Shown here: positions 17,123-26,109 of the stretch, piece by piece
Layout: every line of letters starts with the position of its first letter
How positions within the stretch are numbered: the stretch's first letter is position 1
Virus record (IMG/VR): IMGVR_UViG_3300020112_000204
Span: 8,003-72,002 of that record
Origin: a virus
Lineage: Duplodnaviria; Caudoviricetes
Reading direction: 5' to 3' (one strand)
DNA: 64,000 bases
Position numbers and translations under genes: made by a program
Notes under the pieces: model-generated
The model's database searches: none
What the model saw: the letters and a program-made list of their open reading frames with translations, nothing else
Told to the model about the DNA's origin: nothing

Positions 17123-18160
17123 CTAATCTTCAATTATTCTGAGCTTTTCAACTAAGGCACTTATCGGGGTCTTTCTAGTGAGGAAAGCCATGTAAGCCTC
17201 ATCAAAGTTACAATCCCCCAAGTCTTTCTTCCCATCGGGGTACTTCATAACAGAAACCTCTGTTCTTCCCTTTAGCATTTCCAAAGCTCTTTCTGTACCT
17301 CTATCTCCAGCATAGTCGTTGTCTAGTGCTAGAACCACCTCTGAGTAGGAGCTTAAAATCTCAACCTGCCTATCGGTTATCTTACTGCCAAGAATAGAAG
17401 CTATATCAGCATACACTGTAAGCCCTATCTGGTCTCCCCAAGGCACATCCTGACCGCTCTCTACAACTACCACTATGTCATTCTTTCTAGGCTTTGAAAA
17501 ATGCACGACTAAGCCCCTGTCCCAACCCTCAATCTCTAGGCTGTCATTGTAGTTATAGACAAGAAACTTAACCTTGTTCTCATTAGTCACATCTCTACCT
17601 ATCATACCTACTAGCTCCCCATCGAGATTTCTAATAGGGAACACGGCTCTTTTCTGAAGACGGTCAAACCCAAACTGGTACTTAGCTAGGATGCTTTTCT
17701 TATACCCTCTCCCCTCGAAGTACTCACAACCATTGTTTACAAACGGGGCATAATACTCATCAGAGAACACTTTTAGCTTATGAGCCTTTGGAAGCTTTTC
17801 GTCATACCCAGACAGTTTCTTTACTTCTTTCTCTACTTTTCGACTACCATCTTCTTCAAAGTCATACCTGTCCGAGAGAAACTTTATAGACTCATAGAGG
17901 CTCATTCCCATTATCTCGGCATTAAGCTCCTCTATTCTGCCCTTAAACCCACAAGCAAGACAGTTAAACACACCATTGTCTACCTTAATTCCTAACGAGG
18001 GTCTACGCTCATAGTGCTCGATTACCTGACCAGATTTATCGTCATACCTGTAGTGGGGTCTTGGGCAACATATCTGAATATCCTCAGCCCTATCATTCAC
18101 CTTTCTGACTTTACCCGTGTCTTTCCAGAATTGAACTAGGTCTCTAACATCAATAGCCAT
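17123..18160 (-). CDS. DNA primase (Zn-binding + TOPRIM)
   Basis: CCP..H, FNCLACG, VVVVES..D, LALDNDYAG, KKDLGD. Confidence 0.88.
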   Translation of the reverse strand: MAIDVRDLVQFWKDTGKVRKVNDRAEDIQICCPRPHYRYDDKSGQVIEHYERRPSLGIKVDNGVFNCLACGFKGRIEELNAEIMGMSLYESIKFLSDRYDFEEDGSRKVEKEVKKLSGYDEKLPKAHKLKVFSDEYYAPFVNNGCEYFEGRGYKKSILAKYQFGFDRLQKRAVFPIRNLDGELVGMIGRDVTNENKVKFLVYNYNDSLEIEGWDRGLVVHFSKPRKNDIVVVVESGQDVPWGDQIGLTVYADIASILGSKITDRQVEILSSYSEVVLALDNDYAGDRGTERALEMLKGRTEVSVMKYPDGKKDLGDCNFDEAYMAFLTRKTPISALVEKLRIIED

Positions 18161-18162
18161 AG

Positions 18163-18687
18163 TTAACTCCCTGCGTTAATCATAATGTCCATTGACACCC
18201 TCTTCATATGCTCGACCCACTCCGTGTATTCTTTTAGGATACTGAACTTATCCTTAGACTTTTCTATCAGTCTACCTTTCAAAGTCTGCATCGAAGCATA
18301 ATCAGGATAGAATATCTTTGAAACATCATACATCTTATTCTTAAACTTAAACACAGGCATACCTGATAAATCGGATACTGATATACTAGTACTACCATCA
18401 GGTCTAATAAACTGAGGCTCTGCATGAGCATACATATAGGGCAGTTTAACTTCCTCTGTATCAAAGAACAAGCACTCGCCCTTTCGACTGTAGGTGTGCT
18501 TAACCGTAACAGATATCGTGGAACTTTCAGCATAGACTACCCAATCTATATATGGTGAGTCTATATGCACAGACTTAGACTCATCCTGAGACATCTTGAA
18601 CTCAGTCTCCTCTAGCTCTTCACTTACCTTAAATATCTTCGGGAAGTGCTTAAACAGAAACTTCTTAAATCGTCCTATCTTAACCAT
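18163..18687 (-). CDS. Hypothetical protein
   Basis: ORF track. Confidence 0.6.
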   Translation of the reverse strand: MVKIGRFKKFLFKHFPKIFKVSEELEETEFKMSQDESKSVHIDSPYIDWVVYAESSTISVTVKHTYSRKGECLFFDTEEVKLPYMYAHAEPQFIRPDGSTSISVSDLSGMPVFKFKNKMYDVSKIFYPDYASMQTLKGRLIEKSKDKFSILKEYTEWVEHMKRVSMDIMINAGS

Positions 18688-19939
18688 AAATTACTCCCTG
18701 CTCCTCCATTTCGTCTGATATATCTGAAACTTGCTCTACCTCTCCGACTTGAGTAAACTGCATAGTTCTAAAGTCTTTAGCTATCTGGAAATTCAACTTA
18801 GAGCCTTCCCTCTGTTTCAGAAGCTTGAGCTTCCACTGATTAAACTCTATCATATCGTCAATACCTATAACTACATCAGAGTCAGCACCGAATGAGGTCT
18901 TACTAAATGCCACACCTCCTAGGGTTACACCGTGCTTTCCCTGTGCTGAAGCATCAGCCTGAGAGGTTATCACACCCGGGATTCCTAGCACTCTACACAT
19001 TCTTTTACAGTCCTGAGTTATGTGCATCATTCTTTCCCACCCCGCATCAGCACCTCGGTCATCCCCTAAGAGGTAAGCACCATCAATACCAAATATGTCT
19101 GGCTGGTACTCCTCAAGCTTAGCCTTAATGCTACCTATACCCGCTCCACCATCCTCATCGGACGATACAATAAAATCGGGCATACCTTTAAGGCTAGGGA
19201 GCTTCTTCTTATATCGTTCCTCTAATGTCTGACCCAGCCTACCTAGCTTAAAGTCATCATACGGGAGTCTAAAATGAATTGCGTCAAGTCTTCTCTGCAT
19301 CTGCTCAACTGACATCTCTCTCGTGAACAGGACTACTTTCTTTCCGCTAAGCCAAGCGTGGTACAGAATTGTGAGCAATATCCATGACTTACCTACAGAC
19401 TGGAAACCTATCAGAGAAATCAACTCTTCATCTAGGATGCCTCCTGTTGTCTCATTCAAGGCTTTCCACGGATATGGAATACCCGTCATACCTAGGTGCT
19501 TCTTGGCACTCTCATACTGCTCAAGTCTCTCATCCATAGTCTCGGTGAAGTTCCTGTCCTTGGTGATATTCGTCTCCATCATCACTACAGTGCCTAGCTT
19601 TTGCCACTGTTTCAGAGCCTCATCAGTATCACGCTTTTCCAGAGACTTTGCAATTCTATTTACACCATCAACAAGCAGATTATACTTTCGCCTTTCCCTC
19701 ATTTCATCAATGAGGTACATCATCGGGTCTTCATGCAGTTCAACCTCATAGCTAGGGAAGTACCTTTGGACTACATCCATTGACGGAACCTCTGAGTACT
19801 CACCATAGTAATCGAGCATGAACTCATATACATCCTTACTCTCGCCTATAAAGAACTTTTTACTTATCTTGCTCTTTATAGCCGTCCTAATGTCCTTGGT
19901 GTCTAGTATCTTACCTACTAGACTTCTCTCAATGTCCAT
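18680..19939 (-). CDS. dnaB: Replicative helicase (DnaB family)
   Basis: GFQSVGKS, EMSVEQM, IDGAYL, TSQ, ADSD, KQREG. Confidence 0.9.
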   Translation of the reverse strand: MDIERSLVGKILDTKDIRTAIKSKISKKFFIGESKDVYEFMLDYYGEYSEVPSMDVVQRYFPSYEVELHEDPMMYLIDEMRERRKYNLLVDGVNRIAKSLEKRDTDEALKQWQKLGTVVMMETNITKDRNFTETMDERLEQYESAKKHLGMTGIPYPWKALNETTGGILDEELISLIGFQSVGKSWILLTILYHAWLSGKKVVLFTREMSVEQMQRRLDAIHFRLPYDDFKLGRLGQTLEERYKKKLPSLKGMPDFIVSSDEDGGAGIGSIKAKLEEYQPDIFGIDGAYLLGDDRGADAGWERMMHITQDCKRMCRVLGIPGVITSQADASAQGKHGVTLGGVAFSKTSFGADSDVVIGIDDMIEFNQWKLKLLKQREGSKLNFQIAKDFRTMQFTQVGEVEQVSDISDEMEEQGVIYG

Positions 19940-19953
19940 ATTGTCATTCCTTT

Positions 19954-20577
19954 CTAGTATGTAAAAGTAGTACCCTCACACCTATCCCAGACCACCCTGT
20001 TGATACGGTCATCAATACTGGTAGCGTGGAAGAACAGAACATCCTCAGGAACAACCTCTTCAGTAAATAGAAGCTCATTCATAATGTTCTCTAGAGTCTC
20101 ATCGGTAGCAGGAGTGTTTATCGCACCATAGGTAACTACATCAAACTGACCTTTCTGATAGATTACCTCGGTTATCGTGTCTGGGAACTTATCACTTGCC
20201 ACACGATTCAATATGACATGGAGAACCTTTCTCTGAGACTCAAAGCAGGTACTTCCAGACTCTGACTGACAGCATCTTGCGAGTAAGTCTAGTTCATCCC
20301 GTGTCAGGGGATACCCTAGACAGCTTACCACGACTACTCCCTCTGACTCAAGCTTTTCTATCTCCTGAGTCATTACTTTTTCTCTTTCTGTGTACATCAC
20401 CTCCTGCTCATATATTGCCTGATTCAAATTTGCTACATCAGCAGTCAAAGATGCGATAGTAGACTCCTGAGCAAGGATTGTATCCTGTCTCTGCTCTATA
20501 GCTAAAGACTGTACGATAACTGAACCTACTAACACCAAGCATACAGCTAACCAAGCGTGTTTATTTTTCATACACAT
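19954..20577 (-). CDS. SleB-like cell wall hydrolase (Hydrolase_2), N-terminal TM and coiled coil
   Basis: LLAR..QSESG, VILNRV.S..FPDTITEVIYQKGQF. Confidence 0.85.
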   Translation of the reverse strand: MCMKNKHAWLAVCLVLVGSVIVQSLAIEQRQDTILAQESTIASLTADVANLNQAIYEQEVMYTEREKVMTQEIEKLESEGVVVVSCLGYPLTRDELDLLARCCQSESGSTCFESQRKVLHVILNRVASDKFPDTITEVIYQKGQFDVVTYGAINTPATDETLENIMNELLFTEEVVPEDVLFFHATSIDDRINRVVWDRCEGTTFTY

Positions 20578-21032
20578 TATGCCCTCCTTATCTTATTCAT
20601 AGTGTCTTGCCAACTTACAAAGTTCCAGCACTTATCTCTATGATAGCTGGGTGCTGAAACATCCCTGTCAACAAACCCTACTGTGACCTGCCTCATATCG
20701 AATAAGGCTCTTATCTCATCTAAGTCATTCGTCTGGATGTACTCTGAATAGCACATATCTTCAAACAGACTCTCTGGTATGCGAAGACTCGTGTTTCTAT
20801 CCAACAGATATATCGAGTAGCCATTGTAGAACAAAGCCTCTAGGTACCTCGGGATGTAAGGGTGAGCAAGCTTGTATCTTGGCTTATTTAGCAGGTATAG
20901 GGCTTTGTCTAACGGGGTTTCTTTCTTCGGTTGATAGATTAGATTAACATCAATTACAACTGTGTCTGCGAAGAGGTTACTTATATCACCTTTTAGCATT
21001 TCAATCACATACCTTTCTAGTAACTTGGGCAA
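20577..21032 (-). CDS. Hypothetical protein
   Basis: ORF track. Confidence 0.55.
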   Translation of the reverse strand: MPKLLERYVIEMLKGDISNLFADTVVIDVNLIYQPKKETPLDKALYLLNKPRYKLAHPYIPRYLEALFYNGYSIYLLDRNTSLRIPESLFEDMCYSEYIQTNDLDEIRALFDMRQVTVGFVDRDVSAPSYHRDKCWNFVSWQDTMNKIRRA

Positions 21033-21059
21033 TCCTTTTCTAACAAGTTCTTTATAGTC

Positions 21060-21470
21060 TCACTGTCCGTCCTCCATTTTTACCTGTAATTTCGCACGAA
21101 ATACCTCTCTCGGAGTTCTACACCATTCAAAATCTTCACAATGCCTGAAATATTCAGCAATAACCTGCATATCTCTGATTCTATAATCCCGTTCTTCAGA
21201 CTGCTCCACACTTTTAAGAAATTCTACAACTCTTTCAGCATCCATAGCAAACGGATGGCGTGAGCCTAAGCCGAGTTTCTTGACCGAAACTGCTCTGTCG
21301 TGGGTTTCCCAGTCTTGTGCTTCCTGCACTTCAAATTCAACTATACTGCCTTTTGGCAATTTCTTGCTATTTAAGCAATCGTGTTCGTGTGTAAAATAAA
21401 TCTTATCATCTTCACCACGAATCCATGCGCACCCAAGACTACCCTTATAGTTCTCGATTGTTCCCTTCAT
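21060..21470 (-). CDS. Divergent cold-shock/OB-fold protein with C-terminal extension
   Basis: MKGTI...CAWIRGEDDKIYFTH...LPKGSIVEFEV...AVSV. Confidence 0.6.
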   Translation of the reverse strand: MKGTIENYKGSLGCAWIRGEDDKIYFTHEHDCLNSKKLPKGSIVEFEVQEAQDWETHDRAVSVKKLGLGSRHPFAMDAERVVEFLKSVEQSEERDYRIRDMQVIAEYFRHCEDFEWCRTPREVFRAKLQVKMEDGQ

Positions 21471-21474
21471 TCTC

Positions 21475-21675
21475 TCACCTCTCCTCTCGTCTTATACACT
21501 TCGTTAATCCTTGTTTCGTATAGCACACAAAATCGTATCTTAAACATTTTCTGCGAGGATTATCAATATCAATGCGTTCCTCTCGCCTAACATGACAAGT
21601 GCAGTAACCAGTGGTACTTTTAGCTAAGCGATAGCCCTGTCTACTTGCTTCTGCTTTTAACTCTTCAAATGTCCT
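21475..21675 (-). pseudogene. 66-codon ORF with AGG where ATG is expected ([M]TFEELKAEASRQGYRL...)
   Basis: Open frame, GAGGTG RBS 5 nt upstream of AGG, no canonical start. Confidence 0.45.
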
Positions 21676-21684
21676 CCTATCACC

Positions 21685-21957
21685 TCAGCAATGGTACTCA
21701 TACTTAACTAGCCACCAAAGTACCCGACCCTCTCTAAATATGACTGCGTGGTCTGAGTACCAGCCCTTGTCAAACTGCTTGATTGCTTTCTCGGCTTCTT
21801 CACGGTTCTTGTAAACCACCTTGTCGTGGAATGTCAAATCACCATGATACCCGTTAGTCTCCTGTGGGTCATACGCAAATCCATTAAGCTTATTCAAAAT
21901 CTGCTTCGGGGTTGTCTTGGTTTTTCTAAACTCAAGATATCCAATGCAATGGGACAT
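21685..21957 (-). CDS. Hypothetical protein
   Basis: ORF track. Confidence 0.6.
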   Translation of the reverse strand: MSHCIGYLEFRKTKTTPKQILNKLNGFAYDPQETNGYHGDLTFHDKVVYKNREEAEKAIKQFDKGWYSDHAVIFREGRVLWWLVKYEYHC

Positions 21958-22142
21958 TATGCTTTCCTCCTGTATCTTTCTAGCACTAACTTAGCGTTCT
22001 TAATTAACTGCTCCTTTGGAACATTGAGGGCTATATCAAGCCATTTCTCAAAAGGGATGCCACACTTGGTAGCATCCCTAGTAGACGGGTTTCCATTGGT
22101 GCTTATGATTATCTCACAGAACTTGCACCAATCCTCTTTCAT
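21957..22142 (-). CDS. Hypothetical protein
   Basis: ORF track, overlaps neighbours. Confidence 0.55.
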   Translation of the reverse strand: MKEDWCKFCEIIISTNGNPSTRDATKCGIPFEKWLDIALNVPKEQLIKNAKLVLERYRRKA

Positions 22143-22309
22143 TCTTGCTCCTCCCAGACATCCACATCAGTAGATGCACAATCCATATTCTCGTAGGGCT
22201 CATCATAAAACTGTTTCTGAGCTTTTTCTATCGCATCTGACTTAGTGTCAGCTTCGACAAAATAGTCAACTGTCAGTCTGCACCCAAAGTGAACACAGTA
22301 CTTAGGCAT
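22139..22309 (-). CDS. 56-aa hypothetical (MPKYCVHFGCRLTVDYFVEADTKSDAIEKA...)
   Basis: Hand-translated; RBS; ATGA overlap. Confidence 0.55.
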   Translation of the reverse strand: MPKYCVHFGCRLTVDYFVEADTKSDAIEKAQKQFYDEPYENMDCASTDVDVWEEQE

Positions 22310-22318
22310 CTCGTCACC

Positions 22319-23092
22319 TCATATATGACAGTCCACAATGGTGATAGTCCAGTCGGGGTCAGCGGTATCAATGAACCGTTCTTTATAGTGGAGTTCCCAA
22401 TCAAAAGCCTCTTCAGGAGTCTCTGAACTCATTCCACACCATCCCATCTCTCCTTTTTCATACCATCTACCATCAGGTGTGATTACTGCAAAGGTAGTAA
22501 GAGAGCTAGCTATCTTAGCATAAGTTTCTTTGTCGTGGTACTTATTCAGACAGTATTCTCTACTAAACCGGGCACTAAAGTCTTCTTCCTTTTCACCCTC
22601 TTTCAGAGGGCTACCCTCGATTACGACTTCCCAAAATCTAATACTACGCTGGTACTCTTCTGTATCAACTCCCATGTCTAAATCTCCAATTCGACAAGAG
22701 TTGCACTTCGTTACTATTCCAGAGACTTTAGCTCTAAGAAGCTTATTCCATCTACCACCTATCCCGTACCAGTCCCACTTACTGTCTGGGTTATAGGTAC
22801 TAAGCTCATCACCATCTTTCGTGTAGTAAGTGTCTGAGTATATCATATTCTGATACAGTTCCCCATCAGTCTCTGCATCAAGGAATTTCCTTGCGTACTC
22901 GTCACACATAAGCTCAGGCTTTTCAGGGAGTACTTTTTCATACCGCATCTTCCTCTTTCTAGCCTCAGTGATAAGGTCAGCCTTAGTCCTGCGGACATAG
23001 GGTGCTACCCTCCGTCTCTCATCATAAGGTTCAAGAAGCTCTTCAACACTTGTGCACTCATCAGTAATTACTGCTACTGTAAAATGACTCAT
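22319..23092 (-). CDS. Conserved phage hypothetical protein
   Basis: MSHFTVAVI, YNPDSKWDWYGIGGRW, AVITPDGRWYEKGEMGW. Confidence 0.7.
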   Translation of the reverse strand: MSHFTVAVITDECTSVEELLEPYDERRRVAPYVRRTKADLITEARKRKMRYEKVLPEKPELMCDEYARKFLDAETDGELYQNMIYSDTYYTKDGDELSTYNPDSKWDWYGIGGRWNKLLRAKVSGIVTKCNSCRIGDLDMGVDTEEYQRSIRFWEVVIEGSPLKEGEKEEDFSARFSREYCLNKYHDKETYAKIASSLTTFAVITPDGRWYEKGEMGWCGMSSETPEEAFDWELHYKERFIDTADPDWTITIVDCHI

Positions 23093-23094
23093 AT

Positions 23095-23538
23095 TTACTC
23101 CTCCATATTCTTCATCTGCTCACACAGACTAGCAACTAGGTCATGGTCTGCTACCGTTTTACCACTCTTAACAATGTTCTCAGCAAGCTCTGAGTCAATA
23201 ATGTTATCACGAATGAAACTCTCGCTTACCACACACCAAGAACCTGTTGGGTACAGATTCTCTCCATTTGAACTTATAATAGGAGGTCTGTTATCGGGTA
23301 CCTCATCCTCACGGACAACTCCTATCATCGTGATGCCACGAGCCATCTGCTCCTTGCATTTGTCACAAGGCTCATAATCCAGAACCATTCTTCGGGGAGC
23401 TTCAATATCCTCACCCTTTCTACCATCTCCTATCCTACCTAAAAGGGCTATCTCATTTCTTTCTTCCCCACAGAAGAAACAAACAGGAATTGTCGGATTT
23501 ACCCCATACTTGGGGCTTAACTTAATATCCTTAGACAT
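23095..23538 (-). CDS. Conserved phage hypothetical Zn-binding protein
   Basis: SPKYGVNPTIPVCFFCG...PCDKC. Confidence 0.7.
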   Translation of the reverse strand: MSKDIKLSPKYGVNPTIPVCFFCGEERNEIALLGRIGDGRKGEDIEAPRRMVLDYEPCDKCKEQMARGITMIGVVREDEVPDNRPPIISSNGENLYPTGSWCVVSESFIRDNIIDSELAENIVKSGKTVADHDLVASLCEQMKNMEE

Positions 23539-23557
23539 ATTCTGTACTCCTTATATT

Positions 23558-23815
23558 TTAATCAAAGTATCTTTTTTCGTAAGGCTCAAAGTACTCTCCA
23601 CAGTACCTCTTGAGCTCTCGGTCAATACAGGCTTTAGTGTAAATGGCTTCTTCGTCATCTTTAAGGTCTTCTGTCATATCGTGTGAATACTGAACATACA
23701 CCTCAGACAGAACCTTATCAAAATCATGCAGTCTCTTCTGTCCCCAGCCCATTCTTCCTAAGGCTATTGTAACGAAGTCGAGCATCTGCTGACGAGTGTA
23801 CCTGCGAATAGCCAT
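23558..23815 (-). CDS. Hypothetical protein (possibly C-terminal part of frameshifted gene starting 23867)
   Basis: ORF track; weak RBS. Confidence 0.6.
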   Translation of the reverse strand: MAIRRYTRQQMLDFVTIALGRMGWGQKRLHDFDKVLSEVYVQYSHDMTEDLKDDEEAIYTKACIDRELKRYCGEYFEPYEKRYFD

Positions 23816-23866
23816 CTCTTGCCCTTCTTTCTTTTTGGAGCGTAGCTGAGTATGCGTTCTTAGCCA

Positions 23867-24010
23867 TCACACATCCTCCCAGTAAACTGGCATTTCACAA
23901 CTCAGCATACAATCCTCTTCTGGGCGATAGAGTGGGCAATCGTCACAAATGTCGTGACTCTTGCACTCCATCTTGAGAAGTCTTAAAACTATCTTTAACC
24001 AATTAGGCAT
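23867..24010 (-). CDS. 47-aa Cys-rich hypothetical (MPNWLK...CKSHDICDDCPL...C)
   Basis: Hand-translated. Confidence 0.5.
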   Translation of the reverse strand: MPNWLKIVLRLLKMECKSHDICDDCPLYRPEEDCMLSCEMPVYWEDV

Positions 24011-24014
24011 CTAA

Positions 24015-24419
24015 TCATCTCCTTTCATAATCATATCTAGTTCTTCGCTCTCTGGTCTTTTCTGCTATGTACGGTGTCAATGCAAGAGATACGCATAAAG
24101 CCTCATCAATTTGTCTCATCTCAGACTTAGAGCAGACACCAAGCTTTCCATTAAGCCTAGACTTTGAAACTGAGTGTACCTGCTCGCAAAGGGCGAAGGA
24201 GCTTCTGCCTGACGACTGGACTTTAACATGAGTAGGCAAATCCACTTTTGGCTGAGAGGTGAGGTACACGACCTCTACTACCTCTGACATACGATTATTC
24301 ATCTCGTTACTTACCACAATAGCTGGTCTACCTGCGTACATCTCACTGCCTACCGCCAAGGCACTGGGGGATTTCTTAACATAGTGTATCTCCCCACGGT
24401 GGATACTTAAACGATTCAT
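24015..24419 (-). CDS. PemK/MazF-family endoribonuclease
   Basis: RGEIHYV, GSEM..GRPAIVVSN..NN, LTS, THV, ALCEQVHSVSKSRL. Confidence 0.88.
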   Translation of the reverse strand: MNRLSIHRGEIHYVKKSPSALAVGSEMYAGRPAIVVSNEMNNRMSEVVEVVYLTSQPKVDLPTHVKVQSSGRSSFALCEQVHSVSKSRLNGKLGVCSKSEMRQIDEALCVSLALTPYIAEKTRERRTRYDYERR

Positions 24420-24430
24420 TTTACCTCCAT

Positions 24431-24460
24431 AATAGGAGAGGCATTAAGCCTCTCCCTATT
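24431..24460 (-). promoter_or_regulatory. 12-bp stem-loop directly before the MazF RBS
   Basis: AATAGGGAGAGGC-TTAAT-GCCTCTCCTATT; no U-tract. Confidence 0.55.
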
Positions 24461-24463
24461 CTG

Positions 24464-25489
24464 TTACACTGTAGCCGTGAATACTGCGTACTCGGGCTTA
24501 TACTTACTTACGAGGTCACCTGCAAACTGCTCTAAACTGAGTCTCTTCTCATCCTCCATATCTCGGGCAGTTCTGGTAAAGGCATTTACTACACCATACC
24601 AGTTGTTCTCAGGCTCTACGAGAAAACAGTCCTTAATCTTTTCTGTGGTCTCCTTGGAGTAGATGCTATCCTTAGTCAATTCAGCAATCAAGTCAAGCGG
24701 ACTCTGTACAAACTTATCAGGAGACTTAGCCTCAAGGAACTGCCTAATCAGTCCATCCCCTCCACTGATAGCTGAGTCAATTCCCTCAATAACATCTGAG
24801 TAGAAACCCTGCTGAGTCTTATAAGCGTGTCTAAATCGAGAGCTATCCTCACTCTGTCTCCACACACGAAGTCCATTTGTGCATACCTGTCTGTACACCA
24901 GAGGACTGAGAACGAGCGAACTCGCTCCTACCTCACTGTTAACTACATCTACGCCCACATTCAAAATGTCGTCCAAGTCCGTAACCGTTTTACCCGCAAC
25001 TACCTGCATATCCTCCATTACAAACCTCAGGTGGAAACGCTTATCATCTGCGTAGAACTGAAGAGCCTGACCAAACCTCTCACCCATCCCTATCTCCATA
25101 AGAGTCTCAACCAAGTCCTTGTCATCAAACTTTGTGTAAGAGTCTGAGAGAAATCCTCTTACTACAGAAGACCTTGTATCAATTCGTCTATTTCGGAATA
25201 GAACAACCTTATCCTCTTTCTGAAGCCAATGGTTGAACTCGTTTGCAACAAGGTCGGGTCTCTCCTCAAAGAGCTTCTTTCCGTATCTTACGGGAATACC
25301 AAGCCTGTTGAAAGCCTGAGTCATAGAGAAGTCATTGAGAACTAAAGACTGATTAGTACCCTTAACTGAGATACTTCCATCAGAGTCCATATGGAACTCG
25401 CTCATTGAGAGCATCATATCCTCACTGTTTCTTCTCTGTTCTAGTATTCTGCTCAGAACTTCTTGCATACTGTACTGTCGTGTCATCAT
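24464..25489 (-). CDS. DUF932-family protein
   Basis: RGFLSDSY..FD, NSEVGASS, YRQVCTNG, H, WYGVVNAFT. Confidence 0.75.
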   Translation of the reverse strand: MMTRQYSMQEVLSRILEQRRNSEDMMLSMSEFHMDSDGSISVKGTNQSLVLNDFSMTQAFNRLGIPVRYGKKLFEERPDLVANEFNHWLQKEDKVVLFRNRRIDTRSSVVRGFLSDSYTKFDDKDLVETLMEIGMGERFGQALQFYADDKRFHLRFVMEDMQVVAGKTVTDLDDILNVGVDVVNSEVGASSLVLSPLVYRQVCTNGLRVWRQSEDSSRFRHAYKTQQGFYSDVIEGIDSAISGGDGLIRQFLEAKSPDKFVQSPLDLIAELTKDSIYSKETTEKIKDCFLVEPENNWYGVVNAFTRTARDMEDEKRLSLEQFAGDLVSKYKPEYAVFTATV

Positions 25490-26109
25490 TCTGCATCTCC
25501 TTCTAATAGTCTTTTCTTAACTGTTGCTGACAAAGTTGTTTTTCTGAAGTCATCACCGAGCACCTTAATCGGTATGAACTTTCCGTACAATAGAGAAACC
25601 AACGACTTACCATACACATTCTCAATAGCCTCTATGCTACTATTCGTGGTTATAATCATAGGCTTGTTCCTAAGAGTTCTGTACCTAATGAGATTATCAA
25701 AGGCTACCTCTGTAAGACCTGACTTAGAACTCCTGTATTCCTTTCCGACATCATCAATCATCAGAAAGTCTACATTCCTAATTCTTTCATCATAGGCTTC
25801 TCTCTTTTCGGCTGAGTACCATCCATCCGAGTACATTTGAATAATACCTGACAATGATACCATCTGTGCTGAGTACCCTTGTCTAAGAGCCTCTTTCAAA
25901 ACCTCGACTCCTAGCATAGTCTTACCTACGCCGTTTACTCCGTGCAAGAAGAGGCTAATTCCATTTTTCTTTGCATTAGCCAGATGCTCCATGTACTGAA
26001 ACACCTCAGCCTTAACCTTCGGGTTTCCTTTGTAGTCCTTAAGCTGAAGACTATGATACTCCTCGAGTATTCCTGAAGCTAAGAGCTTCTTCGGGGTTAG
26101 GTCTACCAT
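25486..26109 (-). CDS. DnaC/IstB-like helicase loader ATPase
   Basis: GVNGVGKT, LMIDDVGKE, IITTNS, GDDFR. Confidence 0.88.
   Translation of the reverse strand: MVDLTPKKLLASGILEEYHSLQLKDYKGNPKVKAEVFQYMEHLANAKKNGISLFLHGVNGVGKTMLGVEVLKEALRQGYSAQMVSLSGIIQMYSDGWYSAEKREAYDERIRNVDFLMIDDVGKEYRSSKSGLTEVAFDNLIRYRTLRNKPMIITTNSSIEAIENVYGKSLVSLLYGKFIPIKVLGDDFRKTTLSATVKKRLLEGDAE

Noticed and set aside
9524-24419. AbrB + MazF as a toxin-antitoxin pair
   Set aside because: About 14 kb apart; AbrB has the transition-state-regulator C-terminal Cys motif rather than a MazE tail
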